Source: Pristiophorus japonicus
Lineage: Eukaryota
NCBI RefSeq assembly: GCF_044704955.1
Contig: NC_091977.1
Span: 369,830,001 to 369,894,000 of the forward strand
Length of the DNA stretch: 64,000 nt
Reading direction: 5' to 3'
Shown: one piece after another, positions 8,871 to 20,939 of the stretch
Position numbering within the stretch: position 1 is the stretch's first letter
Layout: each line of letters opens with the position of its first letter
Notes under the pieces: model-generated
What the model was told of the DNA's origin: nothing
Database searches by the model: none
Seen by the model: the letters and a program-made list of their open reading frames with translations, nothing else
Position numbers and translations under genes: made by a program

Positions 8871-11670
8871 AGATCGACCTAAGTAGAGAAAGTGCATCCG
8901 GGAGGACATTGAGCACTTCGAGTCTCAACACCGAGAGCATTCAGAGGTCAAGCGCAGGCAGCGGAAGGAGCATGCGGTAAACCAGTTCTATCCACCCCTT
9001 CTGTCAATGACTATCTGTCCCACCTGTGACAGAGTCTGTGGCTCTCATATTGGATTGTTCAGCCACCAAAGAACTCACTTCAGGAGTGGAAGCAAGTCTT
9101 CCTCGATTCCGAGGTACTGCCTATGATGATGATGCCCTTGTACTTCTAAGTGGTAATGATTGTAGGTTTGGAAGGTGCTGTCGAAGAAGTCTTGGCAAAT
9201 TGTTGCAGTGCATCTTGTAGATGGTATACACTGCAGCCACGGTACGCTGTGATGGAGCGAGTAAATGTTTAAGATGGTGGATGGGATGCCAATTAAGCAG
9301 GCTGCTGTGTTCTGGCTGTTGTCTGTTCTTGAGTGTTCTTGGAACTGCACTCATCCAGGTTAGTCGAGAGTATTCCATCACACTCCTGACTTGTGCATTG
9401 TAGTGGTGGAAAGGCTTTAAAGAATCAGGAAGTGAGTCACTTGCCACTGAATATCCAGGCTCTGACCTGCTCTTGTAACCACAGTATTTAAGTTTCTGGT
9501 CAATGCTATCCCCAGGATGTTGATGGTAGGGGATTTGATGATGATAATGCCATTGACTGTCAAGAGAAGGTGGTTTGACTCTCTCTTGTTAGAGATGGTC
9601 ATTGTCTGGCACTTGTGATGCAAATGTTACTTGTCACTTGTCAGCCCAAGCCAGAATGTTGTCCAGATCTTGCTGTATGCGGGCATGGACTGCTTCATTA
9701 TCTGGGGAGTTGTAAATGGGACTGAACACTATGCAGTCATCAGGGAACATCTCCACTTCTGACCTTATGATGGAGGGGAAAGTCATTGATGAAGCTTGGG
9801 CCTAGGACACAGCTCGGAGAAACTCCTGCAGTGATGTCCTGGGGCTGAGATGATTGGCGTCCAACAACCACAACAATCTTGCTTTGTGCTCGGTACGGCT
9901 CCAGCCAGTAAAGAGTTTTTCCCTGATTCCCATTGACTTCAATTTAACTAGGGCTCCTTAATGCCACACTTGGTCAAATGCTGCCTTGATGTTAAGGGTA
10001 GTCATTCTCAACTCAGCTCTGGAATTCAGTTCTTTTGTTCATGTTTGGACCAAGGCTGTAATGAAGTGTGGACCCAAGTGATCCTGGTGAAACCCAAACT
10101 GAGTATTACTAAGCATGTTATTAGTGATTAAGTGTCACTTGTTAGCACTGTCGACGGCCCCTTCCATCGCTTTGCTGATGATTGAGAGTAGACTGATGGG
10201 GCGGTAAACTACCCAATTGATTTGTCCTGTTTTTTTGTGGACAGGAAATACCTGGGCAATTTTTCACTTTGTCAGGTAGATGCCAGTGTTGTAGTTGTAC
10301 TGGAATAGCATGACTCGAGGCACGGCTAGTTCTGAACCACAAGTCTTCAGTATTACAGCAAGGATATTGTCGGGGCCCATAGACTTTACTGTATTCAATA
10401 CGCTCAGCTGTTTCTTGATATCACATGCAGTGAATCGAATTGGCTGTTGACTGGCATTTGTGATAGTGGGGACCTCAGGAGGAGGCCGAGTTGGGTCTTA
10501 CCTTCGCCACTTCTGGCTGAAGACGATGGCAAATGCTTCTGCCTTGTCTTTTGCACTCACAAAAGATGGGGATGTTCCTGTCGCCTCCTCCTCCCATTAG
10601 TTGTTTAATTGTCCAGTACTATTCACGATTGGATGTGGCAGGACTGCAGAGCTTTGATCTGATCTGTTGGTTGTGGGATCACTTAGCTCTGTCTATAGCA
10701 TGCTGCTTTTGCTGTTTAGCTTGCATGTAGTCCTGTGTTGCAGTTTCACCAGGTTGCTACCTAATTTTTAGGTATGCCTGGTGCTGCTCCTGACATGTTC
10801 TTCTATACTCCTCTGGCTTGCCGGTAATGGTAGAGTGAAGGATATGGTGGGCCATAAGTTTACAGATTGTGGTGGAATACAATTCTGCTGCTACTGATGG
10901 CTCACAGCACCTCATGGATGCCCAGTTTTAAGCGTCTAGATCTGTTCTGAATCTATCCCATTTAGCACGGTGGTAGTGCCGCACTACACGATGGAGAGTG
11001 TCCTCAGTGTGAAGACAGGACTTTGTCTGCACAAGGTTGACCATTGGACTTCAATCTCGCCAGTGGAATTTGCGTCATGGGAACCCGATTTAAATATATT
11101 CATTAGGAACTGCCTAAAACCAGCAGATGCATTTCAGAACATGGAAAATTGCTGTGGGTCAGTTGATGGGACGAGAGCAGCAAGTAAATTCCCTCGATTT
11201 TAACCATTCACCTGCCCATTAAAACCAGGGCCATCATGTCCAGCAGTTTGATGTTTCCCTGAGTAGCATGAAGCAGACCTAGGAGCCAAAATTGCCACTC
11301 TCGTTAAGACCCATTACCGCCTCTAAGATAGGCCTCACCGACCGGGGGCAGGCAGTTGGGCCAACCTGTCCAAAATTGCCCTGGGCCTGTGTCATGTATG
11401 TAACCTCTATGTAACACCACTGCAATACAGTATTTACTTAAGCAATGTACACCTTGACCACAGGGGGTGAACTTGTGGGAGACACTCCTTACCTGGTCAT
11501 CCAGGTATATAAAGAGAGGTCCCATGCAGGGTCATGACTTCTTGGTCCTGTGAATAAAGGTTCAGGTCATAGAGTGACCTTGTCCATAGAATGTGCCTCG
11601 CGTGGGTTTTGTGCCATTGAGTAAGGACATTACATTGGCGATGAGAAACATGAATCAACGACCCACGAGA

Positions 11671-14600
11671 ATGGCCACCGGTAGCACAGAGGAATGGTAC
11701 TGTGTTGGTGAGGACTGGGACGATTTCATTGAGAGGCTCCAGCAAAGCTTTGTCATGAAAGAATGGCTGGGAGATGCAGCAGCCGACAAGCGAAGGGCCC
11801 ATCTGCTAACCAGCTGCGGACCTAAGACTTGCGCGCTCATGAAGGACCTACTAGCACCCGAAAAGCCGGCGGACAAAACCTTTGAAGAGCTCAGCAAACT
11901 AATCGGTGAGCACCTCAAACTGGCGAGCAGCATACACATGGCCCAACACAGATTCTATACCCACCGACGTCGTGAAGGACAGAGCATACCGGACTTCGCT
12001 GCGGACCTCCGGCATTTGGCCAGCCTCTGTAAGTTCACAGATGCCTGCAGGGGGGAGATATTAAAGGACTTCTTTATTGAGGGCATCGGTCATGTGGGGA
12101 TTTTCCGAAAATTAATTGAGATCAAGGACTTGACTTTGGAAGCGGCGACATTGATGGCTCAGACTTTCATGGTGGGGGAGGAGGAAACCAAAATAATATA
12201 CGCGTGCAATTCTGCCTCCAACGCAGTGGGGGATCAGGGAGTCAATATCATAAACGTGACTCAGAGCCCTGCAGGCAGGCAGGGGCAGTTCCACACACCC
12301 CAGGCAGCAATAGACCCCAGAGTCGGTTTTCAACAGAGACAATGGCAGGCTGAACAGACATTTACGCCATCACAGCGGTCCAGGATGGGGCCATTGACAC
12401 CCACTAACAGGGTACTCAAGTGCAGTCAAAGGGACAATCAGCGAGGAATGCTGGGTCATAGCTCCTTTGTTCACAACAATGGGAATCTCAGCTCATGCTG
12501 GAGGTGTGGCGGCAAACACTCTGCCAGGACTTGCAGGTTTCAACAATTTGACTGCAGAAATTGCAACCTCAGTGGCCATTTAGCTCATATGTGCAGGAAC
12601 CAGGCTAATTTACGAGGCGGATGGACCAGAAGAAGGGTCTGTGAGGCAGGATGACTGTTGGGGCAAATCAATGGACGCTGAAGTTCAGCGAGTTCATGTG
12701 GCAAACATTCACAGCTCATATACCAAAATGCCACCAATGATGATGAAGGTTTTATTAAACGGCATCCCTGTACACATGGAGCTGGACACGGGGGGCCAAT
12801 CAGTCACTCATGATCGTTCAACAATTCGAAAAGCTATGGCCACTCAAAGGCAGTAGACCCAAACTAGAATGCATTGAGACACAACTACGGACATATACCA
12901 AAGAAATCATTCCAGTACCAGGCAGTGCAATGTTGGTGGTCACACACAATGGATCAGTGAATCGGCTGCTGCTCTGGATTGTCCCAGGCAATGGTCCCAC
13001 ACTGTTGGGGAGGAGCTGGTTAGCTGAGATGAACTGGAAATAGGGGTTGTGCACGCAATTTCATCTGTGGAGCGAAGTTCGTGCTCACAAGTCCTACAAC
13101 AACTTGAGTTACTATTCCAACCTGGCATCAGGACGTTCAAATGTACCAAAGTAATGATACGCATCACCCCGGATGCCAGACCAGTGCACCACAAAGCCAG
13201 AATGGTGCCGTATGTGATGCAGGAGAAAATTGAGAGCAAATTGGACCGAGATGAGGAGAAACTTCTTCACCCAGAGAGTGGTGAACCTGTGGAATTCTCT
13301 ACCACAGGAAGTTGTTGAGGCCAATTCACTAAATATATTCAAAAAGGAGTTAGATGTAGTCCTTACTACTAGGGGGATCAAGGGGTATGGCAAGAAAGCA
13401 GGAATGGGGTACTGAAGTTGCATGTTCAGCCATGAACTCATTGAATGGCGGTGCAGGCTCGAAGGGCCGAATGGCCTACTCCTGCACCTATTTTCTATGT
13501 TTGCTGAGAGAGGGCATCATCTCGCCCGTTGAATTCAGCGACTGGGCGAGCCCCATCATTCCCGTCCTAAAAGCGGATGGTTCTGTCAGGATCTGTGGCG
13601 ACTACAGGGCCACTATCAATCGGGTGTCCCTACAAGACCAATACCCGCTCCCAAGAGCGGAGGATCTTTTTGCCACGCTGACAGGCGGCAAGCTGTTTAC
13701 CAAGTTGGATCTCACTTCAGCCTACATGACCCAAGAACTGCCCGACGAATCTAAACGACTGACCACCATCACTATGCACAAGGGACTGTTCATTTACAAC
13801 AGGTGCCCATTTGGCATTCGATCAGCGGCCACGATTTTTCAAAGGAACATGGAAAGCCTGCTCAAATCCATTCTGGGAACAATCGTATTTCAGGGCGACA
13901 TCCTCATCACGGGTCGTGACACGGAGGAACACCTCCACAACCTGGAGGAGGTGCTACGCTGACTGGACCAGGTAGGCCTGCGACTCAAGAAGTCTAAATG
14001 TGTGTTTTTGGCGCCTGAGGTTGAGTTCCTGGGCAGCAGGGTTGCTGCAGAGGGGATTCAGCCCACCGAATCCAAAACAGAGGCGATTCGACGAGCGCCC
14101 AGGCCCGGCAACACATCGGAGTTGCGTTCATTTCTGGGACTCTTGAACTATTTCGGGAACTTTCTGCCGAACTTAAGCACGTTGTTGGAGCCACTTCACG
14201 TGCTACTGCGTAAGGGTTGTGATTGGTTTTGGGGGCACTGTCAAGAACGGGCTTTCAATCGGGCGCGGAACCTACTTTGTTTAAATAAGTTATTGACCCT
14301 GTACGACCCCTATAAGAAATTGGTTCTGACATGTGATGCACCGTCCTATGGGGTTGGGTGCGTGTTACAGCAGAGTAATGCTGAGGGCCAACTACAACCT
14401 GTGGCTTATGCTTCCAGGTCGCTCTCTCAAGCCGAACGGGGATATGGGATGGTTGAGAAGGAGGCACTCATGTGTCTATGGGGTAAAAAAAATGCATCAG
14501 TACCTTTTTGGCAGGAGGTTCGAATTAGAAACGGACCACAAGCCGTTAACATCCCTGTTGTCAGACAGCAAGGCTGTCAATGCCAACGCGTCAGCTCGCA

Positions 14601-16096
14601 TAAAGCGATGGGCTCTCGCGCTGGCTGTTTATGATAACTCCATCCGGCACCGGCCTGGCACCAAAAATTGCGCTGACGCACTCAGCAGGCTTCCACTGGC
14701 CACCACTGAGGGGGCAGCGGAACAAAGCGCTGAGATGGTCATGGCCGTTGATGCCTTTGACAGCGCATGCTCCCCCATCACAGCCCGCCAGATCAAAATC
14801 TGGACCAACAGAGATCCCCTCCTATCCTTGATTAAGAAATGTGTCCTGACTGGGGATTGGGCGCTCGCACACGGAGCATGCCCTGAGGAGGTCAGACCGT
14901 TTCACAGGCGGATGGATGAGCTCTCCATCCAAGCTGACTGCCTACTATGGGGCAGCCGGGTAGTCATGCCCCAGAGGGGCAGGGAAGCATTCATCAGGGA
15001 ACTCCACAGCGAGCATCCAGGCATCGTTCTGATGAAGGCCATTGCCCGGTCACATGTTTGGTGGCCGGGAATTGATTCAGACCTGAAACACTGTGTTCGC
15101 AGGTGCATGACGTGTGCCCAGCTGGGTAATGCCCCCAGGGCGGCCCTGCTCAGCCCGTGGCCCTTGCCCACCAGGCCATGGTCACGTATTCATGTAGTCT
15201 ATGCGGGCCCGTTCATGGGAAAAATGTTTCTCATTGTGGTAGATGCTTACTCGAAATGGATCGAGTGCATCATTTTGAATTTGTGCATGACATCCACCAC
15301 TGTGGAGAGTCTATGTGCGGTCTTTGCAACCCACGGCTTGCCGGACATCCTTGTTAGCGATATTGGCCCATGTTTCACGAGCTACAAATTCCGGGAGTTC
15401 ATGTCGGGCAATGGCATCAACCATGTCAGGACAGCACAGTTCAAGCCGGCCTCCAATGGCCAGGCGGAACGTGCGGCCCAAATCATTAAACAAGGCATGC
15501 TCAGGATTCAAGGACCCTCCCTTTAATGCCGCCTATCGCGCCTCCAGCTGGCCTATAGGTCCCGACCGCAGTCACTCACGGAGGTCCTGCCCGCTGAGCT
15601 ACTTATGAAACGAACACTCAAAACTCGGTTGTCCCTCATTCACCCACTCCTGACCGACATAGTTGAGGGTAAGCGCCAGTCCCAAAACGAGGACCATGAC
15701 CGAAATTCAAGGGGGAGATGTATAGAAATAAATGATCCTGTATTTGTCCTCAATCACGCCGTGGGGCCCACATGGCTTGAGGGTACTGTAATAGACAAAG
15801 AGGGGAACAGGGTCATCGTGGTTCAACTTTACAATGGGCAGATATGCCGTAAGCATCTGGACCAAGTAAAAATAAGATTCAGCATGGACACTGAGGAACC
15901 CTAGGAAGATCATGAGATGGTGCTCACACCACCGCCAGTGAACAAGCAACAAGAACATTCAGCAGCATGCATAGTCCCGGCAGTCAACCCGGAATCATCA
16001 CAGGTGACAGACACTCACGCCAAGGCTCAACAACCAGAGCCCTAACTGCGGCGCTCCATGAGGGAGCATAGACCACGTGAAAGACTTAACCTATGA
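11671..16096 (+). pseudogene. pol: gag-pol pseudogene with frameshifts, stops and a CR1 insertion
   Basis: Two zinc knuckles; MELDTG protease; RICGDYR, KLDLTSAY and PFGI (RT); LTCDA, TDHKPL and ADALSR (RNase H); H-H-C-C zinc finger, VDAYSKW and ASNGQAER (integrase). Confidence 0.9.
13246..13500 (+). mobile_element. Short CR1 3'-end insertion in the Gypsy pol gene
   Basis: [20 protein letters not shown] plus 3' UTR and tail; interrupts ESKLDR|LLREGIISPV. Confidence 0.9.
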
Positions 16097-17077
16097 TCCC
16101 AATAAGACTTTGGGGGGGGGAGGTGATATCATGTATGTAACCTCTATGTAACACCACTGCAATACTGTATATACTTAAGCAATGCACACCTTGATCACAA
16201 GGGGTGAACTTGTGGGAGGCACTCCTTACCTGGTCATCCAGGTATATAAATTAAGTCCCACGCGGGGTAATCACTTCTTGGTCCTGTGAATAAAGGTGCA
16301 GGTCATAGAGTGACCTTGTCCATAGAATGTGCCTCGCGTGGGTTTTGTGCCATTGAGTAAGGACATTACAGCCTGGAATGGCAAGAACTGGTTTCCGCAC
16401 TGCCCATGCTGCCGCCCCATCAGGCACGTGCCATCCCGCTTTCAACAGGCGGTGACCTCACTTTGCACTCCGCGCGGGAAATTGCCCCGTTGGAGTGGAT
16501 CGGCCACCGGTTGCTACCATTGACAGCTTTCCCCTGTGGGAAGCTGTGAGCGGCTATGTGGCCCGTCTGCCCTTAAAGGGGAGGGCGCACTGCCGCGGAC
16601 ACCGTTTTATTTAATTTGTCGGCCGACTCCGGGGTCGACCCAACAATGGTGGCCACGGGTTCGGCCCGGCCGCCAACAGGCAGCACGGCCGAAAACCTCC
16701 CTGGTGGCTCAGTGGGCCTAACTCAATCCCATGTAGAGCTCGCAGCGGCCCTCCCCTTTAACCGCACTGCAGCTGACCCGACATCTGCCGCAACCAAAAA
16801 AAAAGACCTGGATATCGCTCTATTCTCTGCTCCATCAATTGGGGCGGAGATAAATCTTCAAAACCTGTGAGTGCGCCTACTCTTAGTCAGAGGGCAAATT
16901 CATCCCCCTACAGTTTTACTGTGATAGAATTACATCGAAATTACAGCATAGAAACAGGATATTCGGTCCAACTGGTCTATGCCGGTTCCACATGAGCCCG
17001 CTCCAACTCTATTACATCTAACCCTAATCCAGCTTTGAATAAAATGTGAATTTAACACTCAGCAACAAAGTTCTTAT

Positions 17078-17699
17078 GGTCTAGACTTTCGCCTTCAGTT
17101 TTAATGGTTTTCTCGCCCGGCGATAGTTTCCTCTTTATTTTTTAAAGAGTTCCGTCCGCATTTTGAAAAGACCACCAGTGAGCAAACCACCCATGTGCAT
17201 CTGCAGCACCGCTGAGAAAACTGCCAGGATCTAAGTTTTGCCTCAATGGGGACCCATACACAGCGCTGAGGAAACAGCCCACGAAAAGCTGCCGGAAACA
17301 GGGCGGTAGATGAGTACCTTGCAAAGAAAGGTAAGTTAAAGGTATTTAAAAATTATTTTTAAAATGCTGAAACAGCGATTATTTTTAAAAGTGTCTTGAG
17401 GATGTTTTATAAGTTTTTATTTTTTGTTTAAGCGAAAAAATATTTCTTGATTTTTTTCACCCCTCCCTAGGACTAAATGTTAGTATTTCCCAGCCACTCT
17501 GGTAAGAACTGTCCGTTTCACCTAGTATCGTCTTTAACTGCCGAGAAACCGCTGAGAATATTGGTGCAACATCCATTTTCTCGCCGGGCGATATTTTTTA
17601 CCTTTATTATGGAAATGTTCGCCAGCGTTAGTTGCAGAACGTTAGCAGTGTTTTAGGATGACAATTGGGCGGTGAGGGGCTTTAGGGAAAGTCTAGCCC
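17078..17699. mobile_element. Harbinger MITE (622 bp)
   Basis: TIRs GGTCTAGACTTTC and GAAAGTCTAGCCC; 3-bp TSD TAT on both sides; TIR matches the element at 29591-33812. Confidence 0.85.
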
Positions 17700-17939
17700 T
17701 ATGTTCAAATGTCTAGAGTGAATGATTTTATGCTGGAGCAGTCTTCCTGTTCAGCTGAGGTTACGGAACGTTATAATAGGAAACCTTTCCGTCAGCTAGT
17801 TACAAGCTGCACCAAGCAACGTTAGTGCTAAATTAATAATGGTGTCTTGCAATAAAAGTTGGTTTATTTTCTGATTTATTTTACAGATGTGTCATGAAAT
17901 GTAATGGGCATTTATCACTAAGTACAGTAAACACTTACT

Positions 17940-19170
17940 TAGAAACATAGGAACAGGAGTAGGCCATAGGAACAGGAGTAGCCAAGTTTGTTGACGATAC
18001 AAAGATGGGAGGAAAAGCAATGTGTGAGGAGGACACAAAATATCTGCAAAAGGACATAGACAGGCTAAGTGAGTGGGCAAAAATTTGGCAGATGGAGTAT
18101 AATGTTGGAAGGTGTGAGTTCATGCACTTTGGCAGAAAAAAATCAAAGATAAAGTTATTATTTAAATGTAGAAAGATTGTAAAGTGCCGCACTACAGCGG
18201 GACCTGGGGGAACTTGTGCATGAAACACAAAAGGATAGTACGCAGGTACAGCAAGTGATCAGGAAGGCCAATGGAATCTTGGCCTTTATTGCAAAGAGGA
18301 TGGAGTATAAAAGCAGGGAAGTCTTGCTGCAGCTCTACAGGGTATTGGTGAGGCCACACCTGGAATACTACGTGCAGTTTTGGTTTCCATATTTACGAAA
18401 GGATGGCAGTTCAAAGAAAGTTCATTAGGTTAATTCCGGAGATGAGGGGGTTGACTTATGAGGAAAGATTGAGTAGATTGGGCCTCTACTCATTGGAATT
18501 CAAAAGAATTGAAACGTATCAGATTATGAGGGGGCTTGACAAGGTGGATGCAGAGAGATGTTCCCACTGATGGGGGAGACTAGAACTAGAGGGCATAATC
18601 TTAGAATAAGGGGCCGCCCATTTAAAACTGAGATGAGAAATTTCTTCTCTCAGAGGGTTGTGAATCTGTGGAATTCACTGCCTCAGAGAGCTGTGGAAGC
18701 TGGGACATTGAATAAATCTAAGACAGAAATAGACAGTTTCTTAAACAATAAGGGGATAAGGGGTTACGGGGAGCAGGCAGGGAAGTGGACCTGAGTCTAT
18801 GATCGGATCAGCCATGACTTATTAAATGGCAGAGCAGGCTCGAGGGGCTGTATGGCCTACTCCTGCTCCTTTTTCTTATGTTCTTATTCAGCCCCTCGAG
18901 CCTGTTCCACCAGTCAATGGGATCCTGGCTGATCTTTATCCAACCCCATCCACCCACGTTAGCTCTATATTCCTTAATACCCTTGGCGAGCAAATATCTA
19001 TCAATCTCAGATTTAAAATTAATTGGGCTAGAATCTACTGTTTTTTGTGGAAGAGAGTTCCACACTTCTACCATCCTTTGCATGAAGATGTGTTTCCTAA
19101 CTTCTCTCCTGATTGGCCTGGCTCTGATTTTAAGGTTATGTCCCCTTGTTCTAGACTCCCCCACCAGCAG
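17940..19170 (-). mobile_element. Older CR1 3' end on the minus strand, interrupted by the plus-strand CR1
   Basis: AGAAACATAGGAACAGGAGTAGGCCAT (17941-17967) continues as TCAGCCCCTCGAGCCTG after 18886; ORF 18808-19182 has TRGHNLKI...VEVWNSLP. Confidence 0.8.
17978..18886 (+). mobile_element. 5'-truncated CR1 LINE
   Basis: KFVDDTK...WQMEYN...RPHLEY...[14 protein letters not shown]; TTCTTATGTTCTTA tail. Confidence 0.9.
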
Positions 19171-19437
19171 AATGACAATCATTCATTTTTGAAGCATTTT
19201 ATTTTCAACAGAGAGCAGAGAGACCAAACTGCTTGTAAATATGCACAACACTTGTTCAGAATAGAGGATATTTGTTCAGTTTTCACTATACTATTTCAAA
19301 TATAACTTAAAATGTTGCTAATTATTTGAAATGTAAATACTCTTTTTCATTAATAAGCTGCAGACATTCTTAATTGTTGCAGCTTTTAATGTTGCAATAA
19401 CCAATAACTAATTTTTAAAGTGAAGATTCAAGACATT

Positions 19438-20939
19438 GGGCCCAGGTTTCCCTAAAAAAAAATAATGGCGCTCACTTACCTGGACGCCCGTTTTTATTTG
19501 GCCCCTCAGCGCCGAAAATAAAATACCGGTCTCCTTCCACCATACGCATCTTCTGGCGCCAGCCCTACCTGAGCTGAACTCGCAGGGCATGGCTTCAAGT
19601 ATGCACCAGAACCGCACAGAGCATGCGCTCCAGAAAAAAAAAGCGGACAAGTAATTGCGCATGCGCAACGCAAATGGCACAGTCTCGGTTGGCTAAATGT
19701 TACATACTACGTGTGCTGTCTACACTTCTCCTTCCTCAATGCTGCTAACCTGCCATCTATCTTTTGTTTCACAGAGGTTGAGCATCAGGAGGAGACAGAA
19801 GGTGTTCAGGAAACCACCACTCCAAATATTCCAAATCAGGAGAATGATGGAACACTAGAAGACGTCGACGATGATGACATGGTTATCTTGGATTTGGAGA
19901 TGATGAACCCCTTGAGCATTCCAAGCCCTCTCATGAGTGAGTCAAGCAATGGGACTTTTCTAGGTGTGACGTCTGGGGCTGTGGGTCCAGGTGTGTTGCA
20001 GCAAGCCACACCTGCGAGACATCAACAAGGGTGCACTGTAGACCTGATGCAGAAATAATGGATGCAGAGAACATAGGACATCTTGTGGGGATGAGCGGGG
20101 AGAACATCCAACAATCGCGCTTGCTCCGAGAACCCGTTGGTGTGGTGAGGGCAGAGTTAGGGGGACTGTCATCACAGATAGAAAGACTTTCAGGACAGTT
20201 GAGCAAGGTAAAATAGCCTCAACCCTTGGAACATATTAGTTTAAATGATACAAGGGCAGGTTCCACTGGTAAGGTGTTCATGGATCCTAACTTTTTCTGG
20301 GTCACTGATAAATGCAATGCAGGACCATGGTGCATGTATCAGTGACCCAGTGTTTTCAGATCTATAAGCAACTTTGTACAGGAACATGTAAATTTAATAT
20401 CTCCACAAATATATTGTTGTACATTATTGTCCACCTAAGCTCGCCAACACTCCATTTAAACATTAAAGATGTGTGGTGGGATTATTTTGTGGCCTGAATG
20501 CAGCTTATCATCACAGGATCAGCATTATTGGTAAGTTTTCATGTAACATTTTTATTTTTATATTTATTTACAGGTAATGTAGTATTTTTAACTTTGATAA
20601 AAGTTAAAGTATTAGCGAAGGAGTCCATTCGGCCGGGGATAGGAGCGGGCCTGGGGGATTTCTCCAACTGAAGGCAAGGCTTTTTCCTACGGTGATTCTA
20701 TGGTTTGTGCACTAGGGTTAAACATTTTTGTAGGGTGGAAACTTGGTCTTAAGCCCAGAAATGCCGCGGGAACCTTTTTTACAGGTACCCCAGTGCCAGA
20801 ATGTATGGCGTCAAACATTCTGGCGCTGGTAGTGGACGCCGGCGCCCCAACATTGGGGAATCTTTGAACTGGGCTTCGGCACCAAAAAACTCACAGGACA
20901 CCGAATAAACGGGGCCCAGTGCTGGGGAAAATTTGGACC
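19438..20939 (+). mobile_element. Internally deleted Harbinger element (1.5 kb) retaining part of the Myb-like accessory gene
   Basis: TIRs GGGCCCAGGTTTCC and GGAAAATTTGGACC; TSD ATT on both sides; acceptor TTTCACAG at about 19773, then an acidic frame with TFLG...GPGVLQQ resembling TFLG...GPCSLQQ at 49545-49787. Confidence 0.7.

Larger units (their letters stand above)
5309..9132 (+). mobile_element. 5'-truncated RTE-clade LINE split into 5309-~5458, 7501-7859 and 8871-9132 by two CR1 copies
   Basis: Pieces are collinear with the RTE at 38502-40689 (TKADID.EIQH.LQCASAAF, LLYGSE.W, WAGHI, KDTLKASL); (ATG)n tail; TSD TGCCC at 5304-5308 and 9133-9137. Confidence 0.9.
451..11033 (-). mobile_element. 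Older CR1-group (jockey-like) LINE, about 2.2 kb, split into pieces 451-~662, ~5248-5308 and 9133-11033 by younger insertions
   Basis: 3' tail (GGGCAATAAATGCTGGCCTTGCC...CCCACATCCCATGAATG) at 451-510; sequence continues across each insertion; degraded RT C-terminus AQVRSVMEYS..W (ORF 9121-9447); probable AGGTT target duplication at 446-450 and 11034-11038. Confidence 0.75.
11390..16370 (+). mobile_element. Full-length degraded Ty3/Gypsy (Mag-like) LTR retrotransposon
   Basis: LTRs 11390-11634 and 16127-16370; TSD GCCTG (11385-11389, 16371-16375); PBS TGGCGATGAG; G-rich PPT at 16112-16126; gag-PR-RT-RH-IN order. Confidence 0.95.
11282..16907. mobile_element. Harbinger-type MITE (about 0.64 kb net) interrupted by a Gypsy element
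   Basis: Imperfect TIRs GGAGCCAAAATTGCC and GGCAAATTCATCCCC, both flanked by CTA. Confidence 0.6.
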
